A stretch of DNA of 64,000 nucleotides from a virus. The stretch spans positions 1 to 64,000 of IMG/VR virus record IMGVR_UViG_3300045902_000324; one strand, written 5' to 3'. Each line of letters begins with the position of its first letter. Positions within the stretch are counted from its first letter, which is position 1. The notes beneath the pieces were generated by a model that searched no databases, had not been told where the DNA came from, and saw only the letters and a list, made by a program, of their open reading frames with translations. Of the stretch, positions 46,630 through 55,443 are shown one piece after another. The position numbers and the translations under genes are program-made.

Positions 46630-47429
46630 TACAAAAACGCCTCATGTCGAAAGGTAAACCGTGCAACCTCCTGCCAGTGCCCGCCGTACACTCTGGTTTC
46701 TGACAGGCGATCGCCGTTCAGCAAGTGCAGCAGCACCGGACGATCACCGACTTCCACAATCACGCCGCAGTGGTGCGGAATCTCTGACTCGATAGCCATG
46801 ATCGGTACGTCATACAGCCGCAACGGTTCAGTCGGATCGATTTCCACAAATCCGATCTGCGGCATATACTCTGTGAACGTGGCCCAGGCACCGCCACGTA
46901 GCTGGATAGCTGGCTCCGGTGCCCTATCAAAATCAGGCAGTTCAATATTTAAGAATCCACGGTAGAAATTCCGCAACAGCGTGTAGCAGTCCGCCCTCGC
47001 CCACACCCAGCGCCAGCCCAGGTAGAACTCTAAATCTGTTGGCTGCCCAATTCGGGGTTGCAGAGGAAACGGATTTAGCCCAGCAGGATCGTAAAAATCC
47101 CAAACCCTGTCCAACCTGTGGAACATGGCAATCGGATTCATCAACGCTCGTCCAGTGTTGATGTCCATGTAAGACAATTCAGCAGGCTGCGTTTCAAGCA
47201 CATGGCTGTGGTAAACCGATTGAACAGACATGCCGTTGTCAGACAATGCATCGTACGCCTTTCGGTCAAACGCAAAATAGTTGGCTGTGTCGCCAGCAAC
47301 GTTTTGGAGCGGCGCGACCGTAAGCATTCCAGACGGGTCAACGCAGACAGCACCACAGATTTCCTCATCTGGGTTTTCGTCAGCGAGTGCTTCAATCTGC
47401 AATCGGATTTCGGATGAGTAGGGCAACAT
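46629..47429 (-). CDS. Lambda gpK-like JAB + NlpC/P60 tail assembly protein
   Basis: EEICG, YHSH...LSYMD; DCYTL...HCG...LLH; probable start 47429. Confidence 0.9.
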   Translation of the reverse strand: MLPYSSEIRLQIEALADENPDEEICGAVCVDPSGMLTVAPLQNVAGDTANYFAFDRKAYDALSDNGMSVQSVYHSHVLETQPAELSYMDINTGRALMNPIAMFHRLDRVWDFYDPAGLNPFPLQPRIGQPTDLEFYLGWRWVWARADCYTLLRNFYRGFLNIELPDFDRAPEPAIQLRGGAWATFTEYMPQIGFVEIDPTEPLRLYDVPIMAIESEIPHHCGVIVEVGDRPVLLHLLNGDRLSETRVYGGHWQEVARFTFRHEAFL

Positions 47430-47469
47430 CTGTGATGGGCGAAACACCCTAGACATTACCCAGCGGGCG

Positions 47470-48135
47470 CTAAAAACGTCTCAGTCCTGGGAAGCCGCCG
47501 AAAGGCAAAACTGAGTTTTTACCGAATCGTCTGGTGCAGGCTGTCACAGACTTTGAACAGTCATCCAGCGACGGGTCTAAGGTTCGCTTATTGTCCAAAG
47601 TGAAATACGTGGTGCCGACATAACTGCACTCAGCGGAGCGATACACCCACGGGCACTTTGTACCGCATGGTCGTCCCGGCACGGACTCGTCTACAAAGTC
47701 AATTGGTGCAGACAGCTCAAACTCCAGCATCTTTCCAGGGATCTCCTGAATACGCTGGCTGATTACATACAGTCCGTCCAGCCTCAATGCTGCGGGATCT
47801 GCGGTTGTCTCTGAGTCGAGATATCGTTTCAGCGTCCGATAGACAGCTAGTCTGGCACCCTCAAGCCCGTCATAGTAATAGACCAGGTTGGAAATACCTT
47901 TCGTCGTGTCATCCACACGCAGCTTTGGTCTGGCTAACGACCCTTCAGATGACATCTCTTCACCGGACAGTTCGCAATTTACTGGCGTGTATTGGACGCC
48001 GCCCATAACCACACCAACGCCAGCCGTAAAGTACGCCGTTTCTGCCAAGTTACGACGGTTGAAGTTTGTCATGCGAAACAGCGTCAGTACGGCATCATGT
48101 TCAAGCTGCTGAAGCGATGGGAAAAAAACTGTCAT
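47470..48135 (-). CDS. Lambda gpL-like minor tail protein
   Basis: CPWVYRSAECSYVG, DDCSKSVTACTRRF, PFGGFPG. Confidence 0.93.
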   Translation of the reverse strand: MTVFFPSLQQLEHDAVLTLFRMTNFNRRNLAETAYFTAGVGVVMGGVQYTPVNCELSGEEMSSEGSLARPKLRVDDTTKGISNLVYYYDGLEGARLAVYRTLKRYLDSETTADPAALRLDGLYVISQRIQEIPGKMLEFELSAPIDFVDESVPGRPCGTKCPWVYRSAECSYVGTTYFTLDNKRTLDPSLDDCSKSVTACTRRFGKNSVLPFGGFPGLRRF

Positions 48136-48449
48136 GGTGCGGGGGACCTTTCAAATTCTGCGGAGAACCCCCACAGCCCGACGGTTCCGTACCACTGCCA
48201 GCGCCATTGCGTGCAGGTATATTGAGCGTTCTGAAAAACAAACCGTCTTCCGTCACGCTCGATTAGGAACGCCTGCACTTCCGTATATCGCGTCGTGTTG
48301 ATTTGCACGAACCAGGTACGATCCGTCCGGTTCACGTCATACAAAACCGGGCGCTGCTGGATTCCCTGAACTCGCGCCGATGGCGATCGCACTTTGGTGC
48401 GATAGCTGGACTCTCGTGCTATCGATATTGGGAATGTCGGGGGTGGCAT
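48132..48449 (-). CDS. Second gpM-like minor tail protein
   Basis: AFLIERDGRRFVF...YTCTQW...AEFE; ATGA overlap with L. Confidence 0.7.
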   Translation of the reverse strand: MPPPTFPISIARESSYRTKVRSPSARVQGIQQRPVLYDVNRTDRTWFVQINTTRYTEVQAFLIERDGRRFVFQNAQYTCTQWRWQWYGTVGLWGFSAEFERSPAP

Positions 48450-48455
48450 TGCGTC

Positions 48456-48480
48456 GGGTATGGTCTTTTGAACCATACCC
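48456..48480. promoter_or_regulatory. Palindromic pair of class II (late) promoter elements
   Basis: GGGTATGGT-cttttga-ACCATACCC in the 39-bp gap between the divergent gpM2 and endolysin genes. Confidence 0.7.
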
Positions 48481-48488
48481 ACACACAC

Positions 48489-49220
48489 ATGGAACCCTTC
48501 AACCTTCAGTCGGCAAAGCCATTAGCGTTTCTCTCACCGGAACAAATCACATGGGTTCAGCACCAACTAAAGCGAGGTGCATACCTGGAAAAAGTGGACG
48601 GCATCGTGGGGCCTGCCACACTGAACGCTCTAAAGTCGTTCAAATCTGATTTCTACCTTGAGCATCCAGAGTTGATCGGCAACACAACTCTCAAGGCTCT
48701 GTCTGAACTCGACCCACCGGATAAAGTCACTGAGCAAGCAACCGAGATTATTCTGACGGTGAACGCAGCCGCCGGATCTAGAACAGGTCGATCCGCCACA
48801 CTGCCGGGAGCTGGGCTGGTCTACGCAAACCAGTGGATCAGACCCGGCATCCCACTTACGTGGGGCGAAATGACTAAAGATATGACACGTCTCCCAACCG
48901 ACAAAACAGTAGTCGCCAACATTGTCAACTTTGCCGCCGCATTTGGACAGATTCGAGCCAAGTTTGGTTCTCCTATTGCAATCACGTCTGGGTATCGCCC
49001 AAAGGCAGTAAACGATGCGATCGGCGGAGCATCCAAATCTCAGCACGTACCTGGCAAGGCTGCGGACATCCGCCCAGCTAACGGCGAATTCGACAAGCTC
49101 TTAGCAGTTCTCAAATCAATTGATGCGGTCGGAGGCATTGGGCTAGGCGAGAAAGCTGGCGGGTTTCTCCACGCAGATACCAGGGAGAAGCGAGTCATTT
49201 TTCCATACGGTAGCCGCTGA
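48489..49220 (+). CDS. Endolysin: peptidoglycan-binding domain + M15A peptidase
   Basis: VDGIVGPATLNALKSF; TSGYR...SQH...AADI...FLHAD; start 48489. Confidence 0.9.
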   Translation: MEPFNLQSAKPLAFLSPEQITWVQHQLKRGAYLEKVDGIVGPATLNALKSFKSDFYLEHPELIGNTTLKALSELDPPDKVTEQATEIILTVNAAAGSRTGRSATLPGAGLVYANQWIRPGIPLTWGEMTKDMTRLPTDKTVVANIVNFAAAFGQIRAKFGSPIAITSGYRPKAVNDAIGGASKSQHVPGKAADIRPANGEFDKLLAVLKSIDAVGGIGLGEKAGGFLHADTREKRVIFPYGSR

Positions 49221-49435
49221 TGCACAAGACAATCACCGTCGAATGGATTTTTCACGGACTGGCGATCGCCATGCTGCTGCGCGGGTTCTTCTCTGGAGCC
49301 GACATGATGCAGGAGGCTACCACAGCAGGGGTCATCATCGCGCTAGGTCGAGGATTGCCAACCGAAAAGGTTGACCATGTACTCGACAAGTACGACCGTC
49401 CAATCTTTCCTAGCGACCCACCGGATGACGCCTGA
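49220..49435 (+). CDS. Holin-like small membrane protein
   Basis: Two hydrophobic segments; TGATG coupling to the endolysin. Confidence 0.55.
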   Translation: MHKTITVEWIFHGLAIAMLLRGFFSGADMMQEATTAGVIIALGRGLPTEKVDHVLDKYDRPIFPSDPPDDA

Positions 49436-49437
49436 AT

Positions 49438-50163
49438 CCAATTGGGAGAAATCCATTTTTAATTGGGAGAAATGCCAATAGCCAGGCATGACAGACCACA
49501 CTGTCAGCACGAATGACACACCCAATGACAGCCTAAAACCCTTGCCCACCAAGGGTTGTTTTTTATCTGTCGAGAGTATCTGTCATGACCTGTCATGGTG
49601 CTGTCAGAGCGTGTCAGACAGGCTGGAAGTATTGATATATATAGCGTTTGGCGACCTGTCATGACTGTCTCGCAGTTTCACAATAAAGAAACGTGTAAAA
49701 AACGGCTGAAACAGGAGGAAAAGGGTTCAAATGTACTATCGCTGAGAGGGTCTGAGGTGCTGGCGGAAGCATCGGGAAACATAGAGGTGTCCACAGTCAA
49801 AAGAAAAGTGGAATGGAAAAGCCTTTCATATATTTCTCTAATTCTCTAGACCCATTTTTGAGTAGTACATTTGTATTTTTTATCCCTCTTTTAGCCCTCT
49901 CAGACACTATTTTTTTATTGCAAATGGGCGAGACAGTCATGACATGTGTCTCAACCCCTTGTGTGGTAACGGTTGTAGCCTGTCTGACTAGCTCGGACAC
50001 ACCCATGACAGGTCATGACAGATACTTTTTTGGAATAAAAAAGAACCCTTGTATATCAAGGGTTCTAGCTGTCTCGCTCGTATGATGCGTGGTCTGACGG
50101 GTCTGCCTGTCACGCCTCTGTCAGGGCATTTCTCCCAATTAAAATCATATTTCTCCCAATTGG
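49438..50163. repeat. Long imperfect palindrome B, homologous to palindrome A
   Basis: Terminal arms CCAATTGGGAGAAAT.../...ATTTCTCCCAATTGG; perfect 24-bp block 49575-49598/50003-50026. Confidence 0.92.
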
Positions 50164-50165
50164 TT

Positions 50166-50864
50166 TTACTTGTTCCACAGATCTGCCTTTTCCTGTCTGA
50201 AGCTGTAAAACGTGTTTGCGCCAACTACGATGTGATCGAGCACTGGCAGATGCATTACCTTTGCTGCATCTAACATACGTTTTGTCAGTTCCACATCCTG
50301 TGGAGACGGGTCAGGGTTGCCAGAAGGGTGATTGTGCGCGATAACGCAGGACGCGCCGTTAGCCGATATAACAGCCTTAAACACTTGCTGGGGCGTGACA
50401 ATGCACTCATCAACCGATCCTTGGCTGACTGTTTTTATCGAGATCACGTCGTATTTTGTAGTCAATACGATAACCACGAGTTTTTCTGTGGTTGCGTGCG
50501 CCAGATCGTATTTGAGTAGCGCGTAAATCGATTCTGGGTTGTTGATCCTGATTTTTCCGGGGCTTGCAAGAAAAACCCGTTTTCCAAATTCTGTAGCAGC
50601 AAGTAGCCTAGTGGCCTGAGCGCCCGTTAAGCCCGCTGTGGTCAGCTCGTAGTGGGATGAGTTGCGGAAGCGTGCCCACGCCTGTTCCTGGTCGAATAAC
50701 CCAACGTTCAAGCAGATATTTTCGACGACAGAGGTTGCCGTTTCCACAGTGCAGCCAACAACGGCTGAAATTAGCTCTGCGATCGCCGTAGCCTGCGGTT
50801 CATGTTGGACACGCAAGGTCGTCCACTGGGACTGCGATGAATCTGCGACTCTCCAAAATGACAT
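50166..50864 (-). CDS. radC: RadC-like JAB domain protein
   Basis: HNHPSGNPDPSPQD, VLDHIVV; start 50864 with AGGAG RBS. Confidence 0.9.
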   Translation of the reverse strand: MSFWRVADSSQSQWTTLRVQHEPQATAIAELISAVVGCTVETATSVVENICLNVGLFDQEQAWARFRNSSHYELTTAGLTGAQATRLLAATEFGKRVFLASPGKIRINNPESIYALLKYDLAHATTEKLVVIVLTTKYDVISIKTVSQGSVDECIVTPQQVFKAVISANGASCVIAHNHPSGNPDPSPQDVELTKRMLDAAKVMHLPVLDHIVVGANTFYSFRQEKADLWNK

Positions 50865-50895
50865 GACTGAACTCCTGAGTGACGAAATGGCTATC

Positions 50896-50920
50896 AAAAA
50901 GCCGCCCTTCGGAGGGCGGC
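50896..50920 (-). terminator. Intrinsic terminator
   Basis: GCCGCCC-TCCGAA-GGGCGGC-TTTTT on the minus strand. Confidence 0.75.
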
Positions 50921-50937
50921 GTGGTGAGCGGAGCGGA

Positions 50938-51159
50938 CTACGGCAGATAATCCTCGATAATCTCCAGCAACTCCTCATAAAGCCCTGGTTGCCGGATCAA
51001 ATTGACCAACACGCAGAAGTGTCTAACGTCCAGTGGACCTCGTTCAAAAGCGTTTTGAATGCGTCCCTGCCACTGGTTGGGGTACTCAAACATGCAACGA
51101 GCCGCCGCCGTAAAGGTGTCAAGTGCAGACGGGTCGTTGACGAGAGATTGAATAGACAA
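50938..51159 (-). CDS. Hypothetical; probably the C-terminal part of the IS-interrupted ruvC ORF
   Basis: Joins RuvC in frame when the IS is removed at plausible ends. Confidence 0.45.
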   Translation of the reverse strand: MSIQSLVNDPSALDTFTAAARCMFEYPNQWQGRIQNAFERGPLDVRHFCVLVNLIRQPGLYEELLEIIEDYLP

Positions 51160-51238
51160 CGAAGTCGCGTGTGTCCCTACCCTCAGCGAAGCGGGGTAGG
51201 GCTGTAAGCGAGGCTGTGTAGCGGAGCGGAGCAGCCAA

Positions 51239-51646
51239 TCAAGCTATAGGCGAGTCTTGAGCCTTAATGTATTCCTTAAGTTTCTCAATTGGCGCTCCAC
51301 CTGTTGAAGCCACATAGTAAGAGCCTGACCAGAAAGACTGTTTTGTGTACCACTTTGAGAACTCTTCAGAAAACTCTTTTTTGACCATGCGGCTAGTTGC
51401 CGCCTTGAGAGAACCTGCAACAGCGGCAATCGACTGTTTGGGATGAAAATCGACTAGCAGGTGAATATGATCCGCTTCTCCAGAACATTCCAACAATTCA
51501 CAGTCCATCGTTCTACAGACTTGCCAGCACATTTCTCTAATCCGTTCCAGCATTGCAGCAGTAATTGCTTTGCGCCTGTAATGGGTAACGAATACGAAGT
51601 GTAACCGCACACTAAAAACACTGTGTGAACCCTTCCTAGCCTTCAT
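51239..51646 (-). CDS. tnpA: IS200-family Y1 transposase
   Basis: HFVFVTHYRR, HUH DHIHLL, FWSGSY, catalytic Tyr in EYIKAQ. Confidence 0.95.
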   Translation of the reverse strand: MKARKGSHSVFSVRLHFVFVTHYRRKAITAAMLERIREMCWQVCRTMDCELLECSGEADHIHLLVDFHPKQSIAAVAGSLKAATSRMVKKEFSEEFSKWYTKQSFWSGSYYVASTGGAPIEKLKEYIKAQDSPIA

Positions 51647-51680
51647 TGCAAATACCCCACCTGCAAGATATAATGCTCTT

Positions 51681-52934
51681 ATGATGACACGCAGAGTTAC
51701 CTTTAGGCTGTATCCATCTGAAGCGCAAACGGCAAAGCTGTTTGAGGCTCGGAGGCTTCACGCCTATCTCTATAACGCTTGCGTTGAGCATCGTAAAACG
51801 AGCTATCAGAAGTTTGGCAAGTCCATCAGCTATTTTGATCAGCAAGCCGCGCTTGTACCGTTTAAGGCTGATTGGCAGGAGTATAGAGCGCTCAATCATG
51901 GCTCATTGCAAGCCACAGTGAAGCGGGTTGATTTTGCCTTCCAGCGCTTTTTCAAAGGACTGGGTGGGTATCCCAAGTTTCAAGCGATTCGCCGTTACTC
52001 TGGCTGGACATACCCTGATGCCCGTCAAGGCTTTAAGGTGCATTCAGACGGCAAGAATGGATACTTGGAATTGCGGGATCTAGGGCTAAAGCTCCAGATG
52101 CGAGGGCAAGCGCGAACTTGGGGCGCTCCCACGACTTGCACAATTGTCTATCGTAACGGGCTATGGTTTGCCAGCATCACGGTAAATTGCGAGGTTGCGC
52201 GCAAAACCGGCAATGGCGCGGTAGGAATCGATTTTGGCGTACTGACGGCTGCGGCATTGTCAAATGGAACCAAGATCGAAAACCCGCGCTTCATTGCCAA
52301 AACGCAAGCCAAGGTTCGCAAAGCAAGCAAGGCAAAGCGTCGCAAGCGCTCACCCAATCTCAAGCAAAAAGTTAAAGCGTCAAAACGATGGAGGAAAGCG
52401 TCTAAGCGGGTATCAAAGCTGCAACGCAAAGTTGCAAATCAGCGGCAGAACTGGGTACATCAAGTCTCTACACAGATAGTCAGCAGTAATAGCTTGGTAG
52501 CGACTGAAAAGTTAAACCTCAAAGGGATGACTCGCAAGGCGAGGAAAGGAAAACGCAAGGCGCAAAAGTCAGGGCTAAACCGCTCCATTCTGGATGTTGG
52601 GATGGGGATGTTGCGCGCTGCGATTGCGTATAAGTTGGCGGAAGCAGGGGGTTTCTTTGTGGAGGTGCCGACGCTCACGGTTAAGCCTTCTCAGACTTGC
52701 CCCAGTTGTGGTCATCAGGAGAAAAAACCACTTGAGCAGCGAGTGCATCATTGCCAGCAATGCGGTTATGTGGAGGATAGAGATGTGGCGGCTGCTCAAG
52801 TCATGCTCAATTGGGCACGGGGTAAGGAACTTGCCTCGTCAAACGTGGATGGGTCTGGCTCTACTGACTGCGGAAGCATGAAGCAACTAGCCCAAACGAA
52901 GCGTCAGAAACTCCTAGCTCAGCGAAGCGGCTAG
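51681..52934 (+). CDS. tnpB: TnpB RNA-guided endonuclease
   Basis: FRLYP, GIDFG, TEKL, CPSCG...CQQCG, DRDVAAA. Confidence 0.95.
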   Translation: MMTRRVTFRLYPSEAQTAKLFEARRLHAYLYNACVEHRKTSYQKFGKSISYFDQQAALVPFKADWQEYRALNHGSLQATVKRVDFAFQRFFKGLGGYPKFQAIRRYSGWTYPDARQGFKVHSDGKNGYLELRDLGLKLQMRGQARTWGAPTTCTIVYRNGLWFASITVNCEVARKTGNGAVGIDFGVLTAAALSNGTKIENPRFIAKTQAKVRKASKAKRRKRSPNLKQKVKASKRWRKASKRVSKLQRKVANQRQNWVHQVSTQIVSSNSLVATEKLNLKGMTRKARKGKRKAQKSGLNRSILDVGMGMLRAAIAYKLAEAGGFFVEVPTLTVKPSQTCPSCGHQEKKPLEQRVHHCQQCGYVEDRDVAAAQVMLNWARGKELASSNVDGSGSTDCGSMKQLAQTKRQKLLAQRSG

Positions 52935-53428
52935 GAGTAGTTCATGCCTGTCTTTATTTTATCACTATCACCAATCGTAACTGCGATCGCCAATCCATCC
53001 CAAGCGTCGTCTGTAGGATGCATGGTAGCCAAGTCAAACCGAGCCTTCATCACGTCGCGCATTGCTGGCTTGGGCGTGTTGCCTTTTCCAGTAATTATCT
53101 TTTTTACCTCGCCAGGAGTCACCCACAGAGGGATTGCGCCAAATTCATACAGGGCGAGTGATACGGCTCCGAATGCCGAAACAACCTCAAACCCGCAGCG
53201 TGTGGTGCGGAGGTCTGGTTTTTCAATGGCGATCTGGTCTGGTTTCCATGCTTCTACCAGGTTCGTCACTTCATTTCCGAGCTGTTTCAGTCGCTCGACG
53301 TAGTGATCTTTTGGAGACGTGGTGATGATGCCGTGGGCCAGGTGCTCACATGACCCGTCTTTATTTCTTTTTACAACGCCCCAGCCGAGCGTTGCATATC
53401 CAATATCGATTCCAACGTGAATAGCCAT
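52931..53428 (-). CDS. ruvC: Holliday junction resolvase
   Basis: GIDIGYATLGWG, IAIE, VKKIITGKG, DDAWDGLAIA. Confidence 0.92.
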   Translation of the reverse strand: MAIHVGIDIGYATLGWGVVKRNKDGSCEHLAHGIITTSPKDHYVERLKQLGNEVTNLVEAWKPDQIAIEKPDLRTTRCGFEVVSAFGAVSLALYEFGAIPLWVTPGEVKKIITGKGNTPKPAMRDVMKARFDLATMHPTDDAWDGLAIAVTIGDSDKIKTGMNYS

Positions 53429-55443
53429 TATTTCTCATCCCAGGATTTGCAACAGGTTGACACCGGATCGATGTCCATCTCATCCGGTTGAATCGAGCTA
53501 ACGAACAGTGACATCGCCGCCCGCATCTGCGTCTGGACGAACGTAGCGACCTCTTTCTTAAACTCTTCCTTACACACCACGTCAAGCTCGTCGTGTGCCA
53601 TGTTTGCCATGTACGCACCCCACTCAGGGTGTGCCAGGAACCCCAGGTATAGCCCAGCCATCGACAGTTTCACCACATCCGCCTCTGTGGATGTCCAGAC
53701 GAACGAAACTGCGTCTGTCGCCTTTACTGAGGGCGGATCATTGGGGCGGTAGTCCGAAATCATTTTCTGCATCCACAACCGCCGACCGCTCAACCCTCTG
53801 TTCTCACCGTAGACAACGCCGCCGAACTCGATTTCGATCTCATTGATGTCGTCAACGATAGCGTCCTGCTCCTCACTAAGATCCGCGTATGTTTCATGCC
53901 ACGCCTTGGCTGCGTCTTTTGCAGCATCATCCGCAAGCTCAAAGCCTGCGTCAGTTAGAACGGTCGCCTGTAGCGTTTTCCAGCCCTGCTTATTCAGCGA
54001 CCCGTAGTAGACGGGTTTAGCAGCGTTCCGCAGCTTTCCAGCCATTCGGAAGTTCTCATGGCTCTTGTCTTTACGCCACTTGGCGATATCGTCTACCGTC
54101 CAGTGTAGTCCCTGCGACTGGGCCAGCCGTGCTGCGATAATACAGTGGTTGTCATATCCGTCCAGATATGATTTCAGAATCACCTTGTCGGCACTGACCT
54201 GCGCCGCAATTCTGCTGTGGGCCTGGCTTAGGTCAGCAATGATGAGCACATACCCATCAGGTACTCGAAAGATCGATCGAACCTGCGACAGTCCTAGCGC
54301 CCGTATCTCTGCGGGCATTTTCATTGGATTCGGCGGGTTCTGTAGGTTCACGTTCGGGAAATTCTGCCGCTTGGGGTCTTTATCCCCACACAGCGATCGC
54401 CCAAATCCCTTTGGTCCAAGCTGACGAAACGCACCGCGCACGGCCCCGTCAAAGTATGCCTGCTTACATCCGCGCAAATAGTCGATGTATGTGGTCATCG
54501 ACCGCCACAGCGAGAGCGCTTTTAGAGCGGGAATACCCCAGTGGGGAGCCAGCCCGTCCTGGTCGCTGCTGGTCAGGTGTAGACTGTACTTCTGATTAAT
54601 AGCCGAGATCAGTTGCTTCGGACTGTCTGGGTTCACATGAGGAAAATCAGATTTGAACGGCGCGATAATGCCTTCGCATTCTGCCTGGTAGCGAACTATC
54701 AAATCGTCCAGCCTCGCCTCATCGACCGGAAACCCTCGGTATTCCATCTGCACGAATGCAGGCAGAGCAAGACACTCAGCATTAGCTGGGCCTGTTAGCA
54801 GATCACGCTCCAACATTTCGGTCAAACGGCTTTCAATCGTCAGCACGTCAAGGCAATCGGCGGCTGCGTAGTTCAACTGAGAGATCCGCAAATCCCAGCC
54901 CCAATCTGACTTTTGCGCCTGCTTGTCCATTTCAATCCCGCATCGGGCGGCGATCGCTTCTAGCCCGTGTCTAACCTGAACCAGCCCAGCCCACATCACC
55001 TGGGACAGAAGCATCACGTCGCGTACGTTCTGCGCTTGAATGCCGTACTTTACGAGCAGATAGAGGAGGTCGAATTTTAGGTTTTGCCCAACTTTTTGCA
55101 CCTGTGGACTTTCCACAAGCTTTTTCAGGATCGAAAAGAACCCTGCGGTTTCTAGTGTCTTTGCGATCGCCTTTTTATCATCGTTGTGTCCGCCGAGATC
55201 TGCGATTATGCACCGTCCTTCCGGCAGTCCGATTTGGATGAGTCGAATGTGCCCCTTCCAGGGATTCAGCGCATCCTGAGCATTGTCGGAGGTACTGAAC
55301 GTCTCAATGTCCAGACCGAAGCGATCGGACTGCTCCCAAGCTGTCAGTGCGGCATTCCAGCCTGCGTCACCGAATCGGACGATGCGGGGGTCTATTTCTA
55401 CGTCTTCGGCAAAGAACAAAGATTGCTGGTTACTGAGCATCAA
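53428..55443 (-). CDS. polA: Family A DNA polymerase with 3'-5' exonuclease
   Basis: LDIET, GQNLKFD, YAAAD; motif A DLSQAHSR, motif B RNAAKPVYYG, motif C HDE. Confidence 0.92.
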   Translation of the reverse strand: MMLSNQQSLFFAEDVEIDPRIVRFGDAGWNAALTAWEQSDRFGLDIETFSTSDNAQDALNPWKGHIRLIQIGLPEGRCIIADLGGHNDDKKAIAKTLETAGFFSILKKLVESPQVQKVGQNLKFDLLYLLVKYGIQAQNVRDVMLLSQVMWAGLVQVRHGLEAIAARCGIEMDKQAQKSDWGWDLRISQLNYAAADCLDVLTIESRLTEMLERDLLTGPANAECLALPAFVQMEYRGFPVDEARLDDLIVRYQAECEGIIAPFKSDFPHVNPDSPKQLISAINQKYSLHLTSSDQDGLAPHWGIPALKALSLWRSMTTYIDYLRGCKQAYFDGAVRGAFRQLGPKGFGRSLCGDKDPKRQNFPNVNLQNPPNPMKMPAEIRALGLSQVRSIFRVPDGYVLIIADLSQAHSRIAAQVSADKVILKSYLDGYDNHCIIAARLAQSQGLHWTVDDIAKWRKDKSHENFRMAGKLRNAAKPVYYGSLNKQGWKTLQATVLTDAGFELADDAAKDAAKAWHETYADLSEEQDAIVDDINEIEIEFGGVVYGENRGLSGRRLWMQKMISDYRPNDPPSVKATDAVSFVWTSTEADVVKLSMAGLYLGFLAHPEWGAYMANMAHDELDVVCKEEFKKEVATFVQTQMRAAMSLFVSSIQPDEMDIDPVSTCCKSWDEK

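Larger units (their letters stand above)
51157..52945 (+). mobile_element. IS200/IS605 family element with divergent tnpA/tnpB
   Basis: End hairpins 51175-51201 and 52911-52937 share CTCAGCGAAGCG; right end TTCAT; left end uncertain by a few nt. Confidence 0.9.

Noticed and set aside
40678-48488. Invertase-controlled tail-fibre switch
   Set aside because: No recombinase gene or flanking inverted repeats were found by eye
49438-50163. Protelomerase (telRL) hairpin-telomere site
   Set aside because: The centre is asymmetric rather than a perfect palindrome, and no protelomerase is in the window
49595-50273. ORF-track ORFs inside palindrome B
   Set aside because: They overlap on both strands, lack recognisable motifs and are by-products of the symmetric repeat
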